Shown: positions 1-8,834 of the stretch, piece by piece | Numbering within the stretch: position 1 is the stretch's first letter | How the letters are laid out: each line of letters starts with the position of its first letter | The notes under the pieces: generated by a model | Told to the model about the DNA's origin: nothing | The model's database searches: none | What the model saw: the letters and a program-made list of their open reading frames with translations, nothing else | Assembly: GCA_964546375.1 (NCBI GenBank) | Contig: CAZJJO010000001.1 | Span: 5,614-59,934, forward strand | DNA: 54,321 bases | Direction of reading: 5' to 3' | Origin: an uncultured Gemmatimonadota bacterium | Lineage (GTDB): Bacteria > Gemmatimonadota > Gemmatimonadetes > Palauibacterales > Palauibacteraceae | Translations under genes and position numbers: made by a program

Positions 1-1541
1 GTCGAGTCGTATCCCTGGCCGGCGTCCCGGCCGGGCCGGTCGGCGGGGTCGATGTCGCCGAAGCGGACCGGCGCCCCGCGCTCCCGCTCCTTGGCCCGGT
101 AGAGGGCCTCGTCCGCCCGCCGGAGGAGCGACTCCACGCCGTCGGCGTCGTTCGGGTAGAAGGCGACGCCCGTGGAGACGTGCACGTCCATGGCCTGACC
201 CTCGCCGGTGACCAGGTGGAGGTCCTCGATGTCGGCCTGGAGCCGTTCGGTCACCCGCCGGGTGAGCTCGGGGTCGGCGTTCAGGAGCAGGGCGGCGAAC
301 TCGTCGCCCCCCAGGCGGGCCGTCTCGTCGGTCTCGCGCAGCGAGTGGCGGAGCAGATCGGCCACCTGCCGGAGGGCCCGATCGCCGGCCTGGTGGCCGT
401 GGCGGTCGTTGATGGACTTGAGCTGGTCGCAGTCCAGCAGCAGCAGGGCCAGCTCCTCCCCGTAGCGGTCGGCCCGGGCCACGTGCTCCCGGAACTTCTG
501 CAGGAAGTGGCGCCGGTTGTGGAGCCCGGTCAGCGGGTCCGTGACGGCCAGCCGCCGGGTCTCGGTGTGGAGGCGGACGGTGTGGATCACCGCCGCCACG
601 TGATGGCCGATGACCGAGAGGGTGCGCACCGACTCCTCGTCGAACGCCCGGGGGCGGGTGGTCTCGACGTCCAGCACGCCGAGGATCTCGCCCTCGACCC
701 GCAGGGGGACGGCCATCTCGCTGCGCCCCTCGGGCACGCCCTCGATGTAGTCCGGGTCGTCGCGGACGTCCTGGACGACCACCGGCTCCTCGAGCTCGAG
801 GCACCGGCCGGTCACCCCCTGTCCGGGCCGGATGGCGAGCTCCTCCACCCCTTCCGCGTATCCCTGGGCGGCCCGGACCCGCAGCACGCCCTCGTCGTCC
901 AGCAGGAGGATCGCCGCCCGCCCCTCGGGCATGATCTCACGGGTGATCCGCAGCATCTCCGGCAGCTTCTCCTCGAGGTCGCCGCGGACGCTGGCGAGGC
1001 GCGAGATCCGGTGGAGGGCGTCCAGCCGGCGGATCTGGGACTGGAGCCGGTTGCGGGCCCGCGAGGCCACCAGCGCCAGGGCGGCCTGGGCGCCGAGGAC
1101 CGTGAGCAGCTTCTCGTGCTCCCGGGTGAAGGCGTCCTCCCGCTCCGACTCGGCGTTGAGCACCCCGGCCACCTCGTTGCCGACCATCAGCGGCACCGCC
1201 AGGTTCGAGCGGGCCTCGGCCAGCCCCTCCAGGTACCGGTCGTCGCGCCGGACGTCGCCCACCCGGACGGACTCCCGGTGCTCGGCCGCCCACCCGGAGA
1301 GGCCCTGGCCGGGCTCGATGACCATCCCCAGGACGCGGGAGCGCCGGTCGCCGTACCCCCGCACCCGCCTCACCTCGAGCCGGCCGGTCTCGGGGTCGGG
1401 GAGCATGAGGGCGCAGTGCTCGAAGCCCACCAGCTCCTGGGCCCGGTCCAGCACCTCGTCCACCAGCTCGTCGAGGCTGTCGCGGAGCCCGATCCGCCTC
1501 GTGGCCTCGTAGAGGGCCTCCAGGCTGGCGATGCGGCTCAC
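1..1541 (-). CDS. GAF-GAF-GGDEF diguanylate cyclase (3' end runs off the window)
   Basis: Not in the ORF track because it has no stop in the window. My minus-strand translation gives two GAF-like modules, then ...RYGEELALLLLDCDQLKSINDRHGHQAGDRALRQV...ARLGGDEFAALL...ADEALYRAKERERG (GGDEF motif). A GTG start at 1541..1539 is preceded by GGAGAG 4 nt upstream. The listed + ORF 180..1646 is its antisense artefact. Confidence 0.85.
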   Translation of the reverse strand, partial: MSRIASLEALYEATRRIGLRDSLDELVDEVLDRAQELVGFEHCALMLPDPETGRLEVRRVRGYGDRRSRVLGMVIEPGQGLSGWAAEHRESVRVGDVRRDDRYLEGLAEARSNLAVPLMVGNEVAGVLNAESEREDAFTREHEKLLTVLGAQAALALVASRARNRLQSQIRRLDALHRISRLASVRGDLEEKLPEMLRITREIMPEGRAAILLLDDEGVLRVRAAQGYAEGVEELAIRPGQGVTGRCLELEEPVVVQDVRDDPDYIEGVPEGRSEMAVPLRVEGEILGVLDVETTRPRAFDEESVRTLSVIGHHVAAVIHTVRLHTETRRLAVTDPLTGLHNRRHFLQKFREHVARADRYGEELALLLLDCDQLKSINDRHGHQAGDRALRQVADLLRHSLRETDETARLGGDEFAALLLNADPELTRRVTERLQADIEDLHLVTGEGQAMDVHVSTGVAFYPNDADGVESLLRRADEALYRAKERERGAPVRFGDIDPADRPGRDAGQGYDS

Positions 1542-1659
1542 GGTCTCTCCGGCGCGCGGCGTCGCATTCGGCTCCCCCGTCCCTGGCGTCCCTGGCGTGC
1601 TGGCGGGCGTCCACGGTCCCCCATTCTCGCCGGGTCCGATCGTTGAGACAAGCTGTCGG

Positions 1660-2766
1660 TCACCGGTCCCCCCGTCCGGCCGGGCCCGGTCCGCGCGGAC
1701 CGGGGGCCAGGCCGGCCCGCCGCAGGTGCTCCACGGCCTGCTCCACCGCCGCCTCCGGCCCGCGGTCGCAGCGCACCGGGCGAGCCGCCCGGCGGACCTC
1801 GTCGGAGGGCTCCTCCCGGCGCCGGGCCTCGCGCCGCTCCCCGGCCGGGAGGTCCGCCTGGCGGGCCGAGATCCCCCTGACCTTGGCCCGCACCGCCGCC
1901 CGGTAGGAGACGTAGAGGTCCAGCAGGCGGCGCCCGTCCGGGTCGTCGGAGGCGGCGAAGTAGGCGTCGGCGAAGCGCCGCGCAAGGTCGCGCCGACCGC
2001 GGACCGTCAGGTCCATGACCGGGAACGCGGCGTCCGCCACGGGATCGGCGTAGCGGAACCGGTCGTTGAACTCGATGCAGTCGACGATCACCACGTCCCC
2101 CGGCGGCTCCCGGTCCGGGAAGAGGTAGACGTGCTCCAGCAGCAGGTCGCCGTGGGTGTCGCGCGGCGCGCCGCCCTCGGCCCGCTCCTCGATCAGGCCA
2201 CGCCGCCGGCGCAGCTCCCGCTCGGTGAGCTCACGGGTCCGGTCGTGGACGGCCGCGGTGACGACGTCCCCGACGTGGCCGACGGTCTGCTCGAAGTTCT
2301 CGCGTGCGTTGCCGGCCACGACCTCCCAGCGGCCGTACCGGGCGATCTCGGGGCCGGAGGCGGCCTCCCGGTGGAAGCGGGCCACCCGTCGGGCCACCCG
2401 CTCCAGCGACTCCCGGTCCAGCTCGCCCCGCTCCAGCCGGGCGGCGGCGGTGGCGCCGGGGGGCAGGCGCCGCATCCGGACGGCGTGCTCCAGGACCTCG
2501 CCCTCGCCTCCGAAGCGCGGTCCCTCCGGTCCCCGAGTGACCGGGACGACGCCCAGGTAGACGTCCGGCGCGAGGCGACGGTTGAGGCGCACCTCGTCCT
2601 CGCAGGCGCGGCGCCGCTTCTCCGGGGTCGAGAAGTCGAGGAAGCCGAGGTCGAGCGGCTTCCTCAGCTTGTAGGCGTAGTCGCCGGCCAGCAGGACGAC
2701 CGAGATGTGGGTGCGGTGCACCCGGAGGTCCTCGGCCGGGTGGGGATAGGCCTCCGGCCGCTTCAG
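1660..2766 (-). CDS. APH/choline-kinase-like phosphotransferase domain protein (COG2187 N-domain type)
   Basis: This is the C-terminal part of the artefactual 1150-aa ORF 1660..5112. LKRPEAYPHPAEDLRVHRTHISVVLLAGDYAYKLRKPLDLGFLDFSTPEKRRRACEDEVRLNRRLAPDVYLGVVPV plus HGDLLLEHV (Brenner-type motif) match this family. The start is uncertain: CTG at 2766 overlaps the upstream stop (CTGA), and the alternative GTG is at 2721. Confidence 0.75.
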   Translation of the reverse strand: MKRPEAYPHPAEDLRVHRTHISVVLLAGDYAYKLRKPLDLGFLDFSTPEKRRRACEDEVRLNRRLAPDVYLGVVPVTRGPEGPRFGGEGEVLEHAVRMRRLPPGATAAARLERGELDRESLERVARRVARFHREAASGPEIARYGRWEVVAGNARENFEQTVGHVGDVVTAAVHDRTRELTERELRRRRGLIEERAEGGAPRDTHGDLLLEHVYLFPDREPPGDVVIVDCIEFNDRFRYADPVADAAFPVMDLTVRGRRDLARRFADAYFAASDDPDGRRLLDLYVSYRAAVRAKVRGISARQADLPAGERREARRREEPSDEVRRAARPVRCDRGPEAAVEQAVEHLRRAGLAPGPRGPGPAGRGDR

Positions 2767-3242
2767 GCAGCCGCGGGCGCGGCCCGTACGGCGGCGCGGA
2801 CCTCCTCGTAGTCGGGCTCGACGTCGGGGTCGTCGGTGACCCAGCGGTAGGCGACCCGCCCGTCGGCCCCGACCACGAAGACGGAGCGCCTGGCGACGCC
2901 CTCCAGCCCCATCAGGTCGTCGTGGAGGACGCCCCACTCGTCGGCCACCTCGCGGTTGAAGTCCGAGAGCAGGGGGAAGGGCAGGTCCTCCTCCTCCCGG
3001 AAGCGGGCGTTCACGAACGGGCTGTCCACGCTGATGCCGAAGACCCGGGCGTCCAGCTCGTCGAGCCGGTCCCAGCGCCGGGCGAAGGCGCAGAGCTCGT
3101 CGGTGCAGACGGGGCTGAAGGCCAGGGGGAAGAAGGCCAGCACCACCCGCTCGCGGCCGAACAGCTCGCCGACGTCGATCTCCTCCTCGGGCCCGGCCGG
3201 GAGGGTGAAGCCCGGGGCCCGGTCGCCTTCCCGAACGGACAT
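2763..3242 (-). CDS. AhpE-like peroxiredoxin (AhpC/TSA family)
   Basis: MSVREGDRAPGFTLP...VVLAFFPLAFSPVCTDELC...FPLLSDF... ATG at 3242..3240 is preceded by GGAGGAGG. The track ORF 2763..3308 is trimmed to this internal Met. Confidence 0.9.
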   Translation of the reverse strand: MSVREGDRAPGFTLPAGPEEEIDVGELFGRERVVLAFFPLAFSPVCTDELCAFARRWDRLDELDARVFGISVDSPFVNARFREEEDLPFPLLSDFNREVADEWGVLHDDLMGLEGVARRSVFVVGADGRVAYRWVTDDPDVEPDYEEVRAAVRAAPAAA

Positions 3243-3353
3243 CTCGTCTCTTCCGCCTCCTCCGTGTCGCGTCGCCGGTCGGATGCTCCGGGTCGTCGGA
3301 GGGCGCAAGCCGCGTACCGGGGTCGTCCCGCGGAATCCGCCCCGCCGGCGGCC

Positions 3354-5027
3354 TCAGAAGGTGCCGCCGCCCCCCCCGCCGACGCCGCCGCCCGCGCCGC
3401 CTCCGCCGCCGAAGCCCGAGCCGCCGGAGCCGCGGGGCGAGGAGCTCATGACCGTGGCCGTCCGGGACGACATGTCGTTGAGCGAGCCCACGAAGGCGGC
3501 CGTCCGGAAGCCGTGCGGGTGGCTTCCCCGGTACCAGTCCGGCGGCTCGGTGTACAGCTCCTCGAACGCCGCCGCCCACTTCTTCTCCACCTGCAGGGCC
3601 ATGGCGTAGGGCAGGTAGCGCTCGAAGTCCTCCGGCCCCTCGATCATCCGGCGGAATCGGTCCTCCTCCACCCGCTCCAGGAACTCCTCGAAGCCCAGGC
3701 ACGCCTCGTGGCCCCGGGCCCCCTTGCGGGTCCGGGCCGGCATGAACCAGCCGAAGGCCGCCATCACCAGCCCGCTGACCAGCGATCCGCCCAGCACGGC
3801 GGACTCGGCGAGCTCCATGCCGTCGGAGATCTCGTAGAGGCCGCCCGCCATCAGGAGGACGGTCAGGACGACGGCGCCGCCGATCCACCGCCCCCGCACC
3901 CGGTCGGGCCGGCGCTCGTAGTAGCCGTCGTCCAGGAGCCGGCGGAAGAGGGCGTCCCGCAGGTCGGGGAGCTCCTCGTAGAACTCGTCCTCCAGCTCCG
4001 AGAGCGTCACCCGGTCGAGGGGGGTCGTCCCGAACAGGGCGATCATCAGCCGGTGCTCGTGGGGCGACAGTTCGTCCCACGCATCCGGCTCGGTCCGGCG
4101 CTCGAAAGCGTAGCTGGTGCTCGAGGTGAGGCCGAGCAGCTCCTCCTCCTCGGTCTCCTCGATCACCACGTGCCCCTTCACGGCCAGCTCCACCAGGGTG
4201 GCCGTCACGTCGCGCATGTCGGGCGAGTGGTCGACGAGCACCCCGACCTCGCCCGCCGTCAGGCCGTCGGGCGGCTCGTAGCGCGGGCTCACCGATCGGC
4301 GCTCCGGATCCCGGCCGCGGGTCCACCAGAGCCGCGCCATGACGAGCCCCACCAGCAGCGGCAGGAGCCAGAACCATCGGGTCCGCAGCCACAGACCCGC
4401 CCGGGCCAGCGGACCCGGGCGATCGACGACCCCGGCGTCCCAGGCGACGGCGACGCTGAGCCCCTCGCCCGGGTCCAGCGAGCCGCGGGTCCGGGCCTCG
4501 ACGCTGGGGCCGCGCACCTGGAGCTGGGCCTCGTCCCGCGATCCGAAGCGCCCCTGCCAGGCCCGGGCTCGGGTCCCCGAGGCGCCCTCGGGCAGGTGGA
4601 AGGTGGCCGACGCCGACTCGATCGGCAGGTCCCACTGCTGGCCCGTGACGTTCCAGAACAGCTCGTCGAAGGCGTCGCCCTCGAAGCCCTCGTCCCCGTC
4701 CCGGTGGAAGAGCAGAGCGTTCTCCACCCGGTAGGCGATGACCACGGTGCGGGAGGCGCCGGCGTCGGCCCCGGGCACCCAGACCTTGATCCGGCGGTTG
4801 TCGCCCTCCCGGGAGGTCTCCCAGCGGAGCTCCTCGCCCTGGCCGTCGGTCACCTCCGCCACGTCCACGAAGATCCGCCACCCGGTGCCGTCCTCCCGCT
4901 CGCCCCGGACCCGGACGTCGCGATAGATCCCGTTGCGGTCGGCCGTGAAGCGGAAGTCGAGGTGCTCGGTGACCTCGACGGCGGCGGTGCGGAAGATCCG
5001 CACGTCGCTGTGCCACCGCTCGATCAC
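3354..5027 (-). CDS. DUF2207 domain membrane protein with Gly-rich C-terminal tail
   Basis: 557-aa ORF with an extracytoplasmic N-domain, central TM helices (WFWLLPLLVGLVMARLWW, GGAVVLTVLLMAGGL) and a GGGGAGGGVGGGGGG tail, lying downstream of lemA as is typical. The first canonical start is GTG at 5027, but an in-frame signal peptide is encoded upstream (see findings), so the true start is probably further 5' (up to 5243). Confidence 0.85.
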   Translation of the reverse strand: MIERWHSDVRIFRTAAVEVTEHLDFRFTADRNGIYRDVRVRGEREDGTGWRIFVDVAEVTDGQGEELRWETSREGDNRRIKVWVPGADAGASRTVVIAYRVENALLFHRDGDEGFEGDAFDELFWNVTGQQWDLPIESASATFHLPEGASGTRARAWQGRFGSRDEAQLQVRGPSVEARTRGSLDPGEGLSVAVAWDAGVVDRPGPLARAGLWLRTRWFWLLPLLVGLVMARLWWTRGRDPERRSVSPRYEPPDGLTAGEVGVLVDHSPDMRDVTATLVELAVKGHVVIEETEEEELLGLTSSTSYAFERRTEPDAWDELSPHEHRLMIALFGTTPLDRVTLSELEDEFYEELPDLRDALFRRLLDDGYYERRPDRVRGRWIGGAVVLTVLLMAGGLYEISDGMELAESAVLGGSLVSGLVMAAFGWFMPARTRKGARGHEACLGFEEFLERVEEDRFRRMIEGPEDFERYLPYAMALQVEKKWAAAFEELYTEPPDWYRGSHPHGFRTAAFVGSLNDMSSRTATVMSSSPRGSGGSGFGGGGGAGGGVGGGGGGTF

Positions 5028-5239
5028 GGCCCCCTGGGCGTTCGCCGGCCGCGGGGCCGCGGCGACCGCGCCCAGCGCGAGCGCCGCGGCGGCGAGCAGG
5101 GCCGCCGCGCACCGGCGGAGGGGCGGGAGGAGGCCCTGTCCCGGTGGGGAGGGGTCGTCCCCGTTACGGGCGGGGGCCTCCGGCCGACGTCCGCCGGACG
5201 GCCGGCGACGCGAGGGGGTGCCGCGGGCCGGCGCCGGAA

Positions 5240-5788
5240 TCAGAACTCCACCTCCGGGACCTCCCGCTCGGCCTCGTCGGCCAGGGCGAAGAACTCCCGC
5301 TCCTCGAACCCGAAGGCGCCGGCCACCAGGTTGGTGGGGAACTGCTGGATCGTGGTGTTGAAATCCCGGACGACGGCGTTGTAGTAGCGGCGGGCGTCCT
5401 GGACGGCGGTCTCGATCTCCTCCAGCGTGCCCTGCAGCTCGCGGAAGTTCCCGGCGGCCTTCAGGTCCGGATAGTCCTCCGACAGGGCGAAGAGCGACTT
5501 GAGGGCGTTGCTCAGCATGCCCTCGGCCTCCGCCTGGCGGGCCGGCCCCTCCGCCTCCATGGCCCGATTACGGGCCTCCACCACCTGTTCGAGGGTGTCC
5601 TGCTCGTGCTCGGCGTACCCCTTGACCGTCTGGACGATGTTGGGGATGAGGTCGTGGCGCCGCTTGAGCTGGACGTCGATGTCGGCCCAGGCGTTCTCGG
5701 CCCGCACCCGGAGCTGGACCAGCCGGTTGTAGGCCACGACGACGAAGAGGACCAGCGCCAGCGCGAGCCCCAGGAGGACCCAGCCCAT
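5240..5788 (-). CDS. lemA: LemA family protein
   Basis: MGWVLLGLALALVLFVVVAYNRLVQLRVRAENAWADIDVQLKRRHDLIPN...ARRYYNAVVRDFNT. ATG at 5788..5786 is preceded by AAGGAG. The track ORF 5240..6178 is trimmed. Confidence 0.92.
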   Translation of the reverse strand: MGWVLLGLALALVLFVVVAYNRLVQLRVRAENAWADIDVQLKRRHDLIPNIVQTVKGYAEHEQDTLEQVVEARNRAMEAEGPARQAEAEGMLSNALKSLFALSEDYPDLKAAGNFRELQGTLEEIETAVQDARRYYNAVVRDFNTTIQQFPTNLVAGAFGFEEREFFALADEAEREVPEVEF

Positions 5789-6038
5789 AGGATGCTCCTT
5801 CGCAGGTGGAGAGGCGTCCCGATCGTCGGGTCCGCCCGGGCAAGATGACGACGGAACGCCCCGGCGACAAGACGGGCGATCCCGGCCCTCCGGAGCCGGC
5901 CCGCCCCGCCGGCGGACCGCCCCGAGGGGCGGAGGGGAGCCGGGCCGGCTGGAACACCGGCGGGGGTCGCCGCTAGCATGGAGGGCGGCGTCCGGTCCCG
6001 GCCGCGATGCTGCGCCCTCGAGACCCCGGGAGGGAGAC

Positions 6039-6812
6039 GTGCTCGTCCAGGCCCGCAGGGATCGCCTCCGCCTCGTCCGCCAGCACGACCACGCGCTGGC
6101 GGCGGGAGCCCTGGCCTCGGCGTGGCGGGGGAGCGGCGAGGGGCCGACGCGGCGCCCCCACCGGACGGTCCTGGCCACCGGGCTCCACGACCTGGCGTGG
6201 CGGGAGCTGGACGAGCGGCCCCGGTGGAACCCGGAGACGGGCCGCCCGTTCGCCTTCCACGAGCATCCCCTGGACGAGAAGCTGGCGGCCTACCGGCGGG
6301 GCCTGGACCGCATGGAGGCGATCTCGCCCTGGATCGGGCTGGCGGGCAGCCTCCACTACGCCTCCTTCCTGGGGGCGGAGGAGGCGGCGGGCTTCCTGGC
6401 GGACGAGGACGAGCGCCAGGAGCGGCTGGCCGGCCGGCTGCGGAACCGGGCGCCGGAAGGGCGCGACGATCCGGTGGAGGAGGTCCGCCGGGAGCTTCGC
6501 TGGCTGAAGACCTTCGACGGCCTGTCGATCCGGCTCTGCCTGACCCCGCCCGCCGTCCCCGACGGGGAGCTGCCCCCGTGGCTGGAGCGGGGCGAGGCCC
6601 CGGAGGCGCCCGACGGCACCTCCATCGGGCTGGACTGGGAGGGGCCGGCGGCGGTGCGGGTGCATCCCTGGCCGTTCGACCGGCCGCTCGCCCTGGAGGT
6701 CCCCGTCCGGGACCTGTCGGCCCGACGCTACCCGGACGCCGCCTCGCTGCGCCGTGCCTGGGAGGAGTCCGACGAGGCGACCTGGACCCTGGAGCTGCGC
6801 CCGCCGGCCTGA
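6039..6812 (+). CDS. DUF3891-like hypothetical protein
   Basis: 257-aa ORF with a GTG start preceded by GGGAGGGAG. The N-terminus LVRQHDHALAAGALASAW resembles the DUF3891 signature. Family assignment is from memory only. Confidence 0.6.
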   Translation: MLVQARRDRLRLVRQHDHALAAGALASAWRGSGEGPTRRPHRTVLATGLHDLAWRELDERPRWNPETGRPFAFHEHPLDEKLAAYRRGLDRMEAISPWIGLAGSLHYASFLGAEEAAGFLADEDERQERLAGRLRNRAPEGRDDPVEEVRRELRWLKTFDGLSIRLCLTPPAVPDGELPPWLERGEAPEAPDGTSIGLDWEGPAAVRVHPWPFDRPLALEVPVRDLSARRYPDAASLRRAWEESDEATWTLELRPPA

Positions 6813-6837
6813 GCGGGACGGCGCCCGGCGGCCGACC

Positions 6838-7779
6838 TCAGCCCCGGCGGCGGTCCCGCCAGCTCTCCGCCGCCGCCCGCCCGGTGCCGCCGTGGATCTC
6901 GACGGTGTCCTCCAGCCGCACCGCGTAGCCCCCGGCCAGGCACACGGCCACCGGCACCTCCGCCTCCCGGCAGGCCGCGAGCACGGCCTCGTCGCGCCGC
7001 CGGAGCCCCTCCCGGCTGAGCCCGAGCCCGCCGAGCTGGTCCTCCCGGTAGGGGTCGGCGCCCGCCAGGTAGAAGACCAGGTCCGGGCCGTGGCCCTCCA
7101 CGGCCTCCGGCAGGCGGCCGGTCAGCCGCTCCAGGTACGCCTCGTCGCCGGTGCCGTCGGGCAGGCCGACGTCGACGTCCCCGGGGGGCTTGTGGAACGG
7201 ATAGTTGTGCTCCTGGTGGATCGAGAAGGTGAAGACCGAGGGGTCGTCGGCGAAGATCGCCGCGGTCCCGTTGCCGTGGTGGACGTCGCAGTCCACCACG
7301 GCGGCCCGCTCCAGCCGGCCCGCGGCCCGGAGCGCCCGGATGGCCACCCCGACGTCGTGGAGCAGGCAGAACCCCTCGCCGTGGTCGGGGAAGGCGTGGT
7401 GGAAGCCCCCGCCGACGTGGAGGCACACGCCCTCCTCCAGCGCGCGGCGCCCGGCGCGGGTCGAGCCGTCGGCGCAGAGGCGCGAGGCCCGGACGAAGCT
7501 GTCGGTGGGGGGCACCTCGAGCACCAGGGTCTCCCGCCGGGTGAAGTCCCGCTCCTCGATCTTGCGGAGGTAGTCGTCCCGGTGGACCCGGGCCAGCGCC
7601 TCGCGGCCGGCGGGCTCGGGACGGTCGAGGTCGGCCTCGCGCAGGACGCCCTCCTCCACCAGCCGGTCGCGCACCCGACGGTACTTCGCGGTGGGGAACA
7701 CGTGGGGCCCGATGTCGGCCCGGTAGTCCTCGTGCCACACCCAGGGCAAGCCTCCGCCGGTGCCTCCTCCCGCGCTCAT
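6838..7779 (-). CDS. histone deacetylase-like / acetoin utilization (AcuC-type) amidohydrolase
   Basis: GGGFHHAFPDHGEGFCLLHD and VDCDVHHGNGT metal/active-site motifs. ATG at 7779..7777 is preceded by GGGGAGGA. Confidence 0.9.
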   Translation of the reverse strand: MSAGGGTGGGLPWVWHEDYRADIGPHVFPTAKYRRVRDRLVEEGVLREADLDRPEPAGREALARVHRDDYLRKIEERDFTRRETLVLEVPPTDSFVRASRLCADGSTRAGRRALEEGVCLHVGGGFHHAFPDHGEGFCLLHDVGVAIRALRAAGRLERAAVVDCDVHHGNGTAAIFADDPSVFTFSIHQEHNYPFHKPPGDVDVGLPDGTGDEAYLERLTGRLPEAVEGHGPDLVFYLAGADPYREDQLGGLGLSREGLRRRDEAVLAACREAEVPVAVCLAGGYAVRLEDTVEIHGGTGRAAAESWRDRRRG

Positions 7780-8020
7780 CGGATCGACCGTCCTCCCCGC
7801 GCTCGACGTCGTCGACGGCTCCGCTCCGCGGCCGTCGCCCGGCCCTGCCCCCCCGTGGTGCCCCCACCCCGAAGGTAGGGGGGCGGGCCGGGCCTGGACG
7901 AGCCGCTCCGGCCGCTCGGTCCGCCGGGCGGCGGCGGGGCCCCGCTTGACGAGACGGCCGCGGCCCCGAGGTTCCGGGCCCGCCGACGCGCCCTCCCGCG
8001 CTCCGACCGGCCGAAGGCCC

Positions 8021-8644
8021 ATGCCCCGACTGCCCGCCGCCTGCGCCTCCTGTGGGATCCTCTACCCGTCCCCCCTACGGGCCCGCGAGCTCGAGGCCGA
8101 CGCGGCCTTCGAGGTGCCCGTCCCCTGTCCCGCCTGCGGCTCGGGGGGGCGGGTGCCCGCCGAGGTGCTCCGTCGGCTGGTGGGCCTCGTCGGCACGCTG
8201 GAGGAGACGGCGCCGGAGGAGGAGCGGCTGGAGGCCTTCCTGGAGGAGGCGGAGGAGGTCTGCGCAGCGGCCGACGAGCGGGAGGACGCGGTGCTGGACG
8301 TCCTGCGGGTGGATCCGGGGCTCGGCCGGCTGGCGGGCGGGCTGCCGGGCGGGACGCCCGCCCTCATGTCGGTCTTCCTGCCGCTGGTCCGGCGGCTCGC
8401 GGCGGAGCTCCGGACCGGGACCCAGGAGCCGGCCTTCGTCCTGGTGGAGCGGGTCCTGGAGGAGCTCTACGAGGAGGCCGAGGCGTGGGAGACGGAGGAG
8501 GAGCCCGAGGAGGTGGTCCGGGCCCGGGGACGGCTCGACTCGACGGGCCGCAACGACCCCTGTCCCTGCGGCAGCGGGGACAAGTACAAGGACTGTCACT
8601 GGATGGAGGACCTGCGGGTGACGCGCGGCGGCGAGGAGGGCTGA
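8021..8644 (+). CDS. SEC-C motif protein with N-terminal CxxC...CxxC zinc-ribbon-like module
   Basis: The C-terminus GRNDPCPCGSGDKYKDCH is a SEC-C metal-binding motif. The N-terminus carries C8-x2-C11-x24-C36-x2-C39, followed by an acidic helical middle. ATG at 8021. Confidence 0.75.
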   Translation: MPRLPAACASCGILYPSPLRARELEADAAFEVPVPCPACGSGGRVPAEVLRRLVGLVGTLEETAPEEERLEAFLEEAEEVCAAADEREDAVLDVLRVDPGLGRLAGGLPGGTPALMSVFLPLVRRLAAELRTGTQEPAFVLVERVLEELYEEAEAWETEEEPEEVVRARGRLDSTGRNDPCPCGSGDKYKDCHWMEDLRVTRGGEEG

Positions 8645-8700
8645 CCCTCCTGCCGGAGAGTTCGCCCGGGGCCGAGGGGGCGGTCGGCCGTTCCCGCTGC

Positions 8701-8761
8701 CCCCTCTTCGAGAGGGGCGGGGGGGGGAGCCGGCCCCCTCTTCAAATCGATTTGAAGAGGG
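8701..8761. terminator. convergent-gene hairpins: near-perfect 17-bp palindrome, G9 tract, 26-bp perfect AT-rich palindrome
   Basis: CCCCTCTTCGAGAGGGG lies at 8701..8717, nine consecutive G at 8719..8727, and CCCTCTTCAAATCGATTTGAAGAGGG at 8736..8761. The site sits between the convergent SEC-C gene and the ThDP-enzyme gene. Confidence 0.5.
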
Positions 8762-8834
8762 CGCCGGAAGGGGGTGGTCCGTCCGGGGGAGGGCGTCGGC
8801 GCGGAACGGCGGGATCACGGGACGGACGCGCGCC

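Noticed and set aside
180-1646. 488-aa plus-strand ORF at the window start
   Set aside because: It is antisense to a GAF-GAF-GGDEF gene whose minus-strand translation has unmistakable motifs. The composition of the plus ORF is typical of high-GC antisense artefacts.
1660-5112. 1150-aa minus-strand ORF spanning three genes
   Set aside because: Only its last ~369 codons (1660..2766) look like a real protein, the APH-like kinase. The rest is Arg/Gly/Pro-rich read-through in an alternative frame of the peroxiredoxin and DUF2207 genes, which have clear motifs and RBSs in their own frames.
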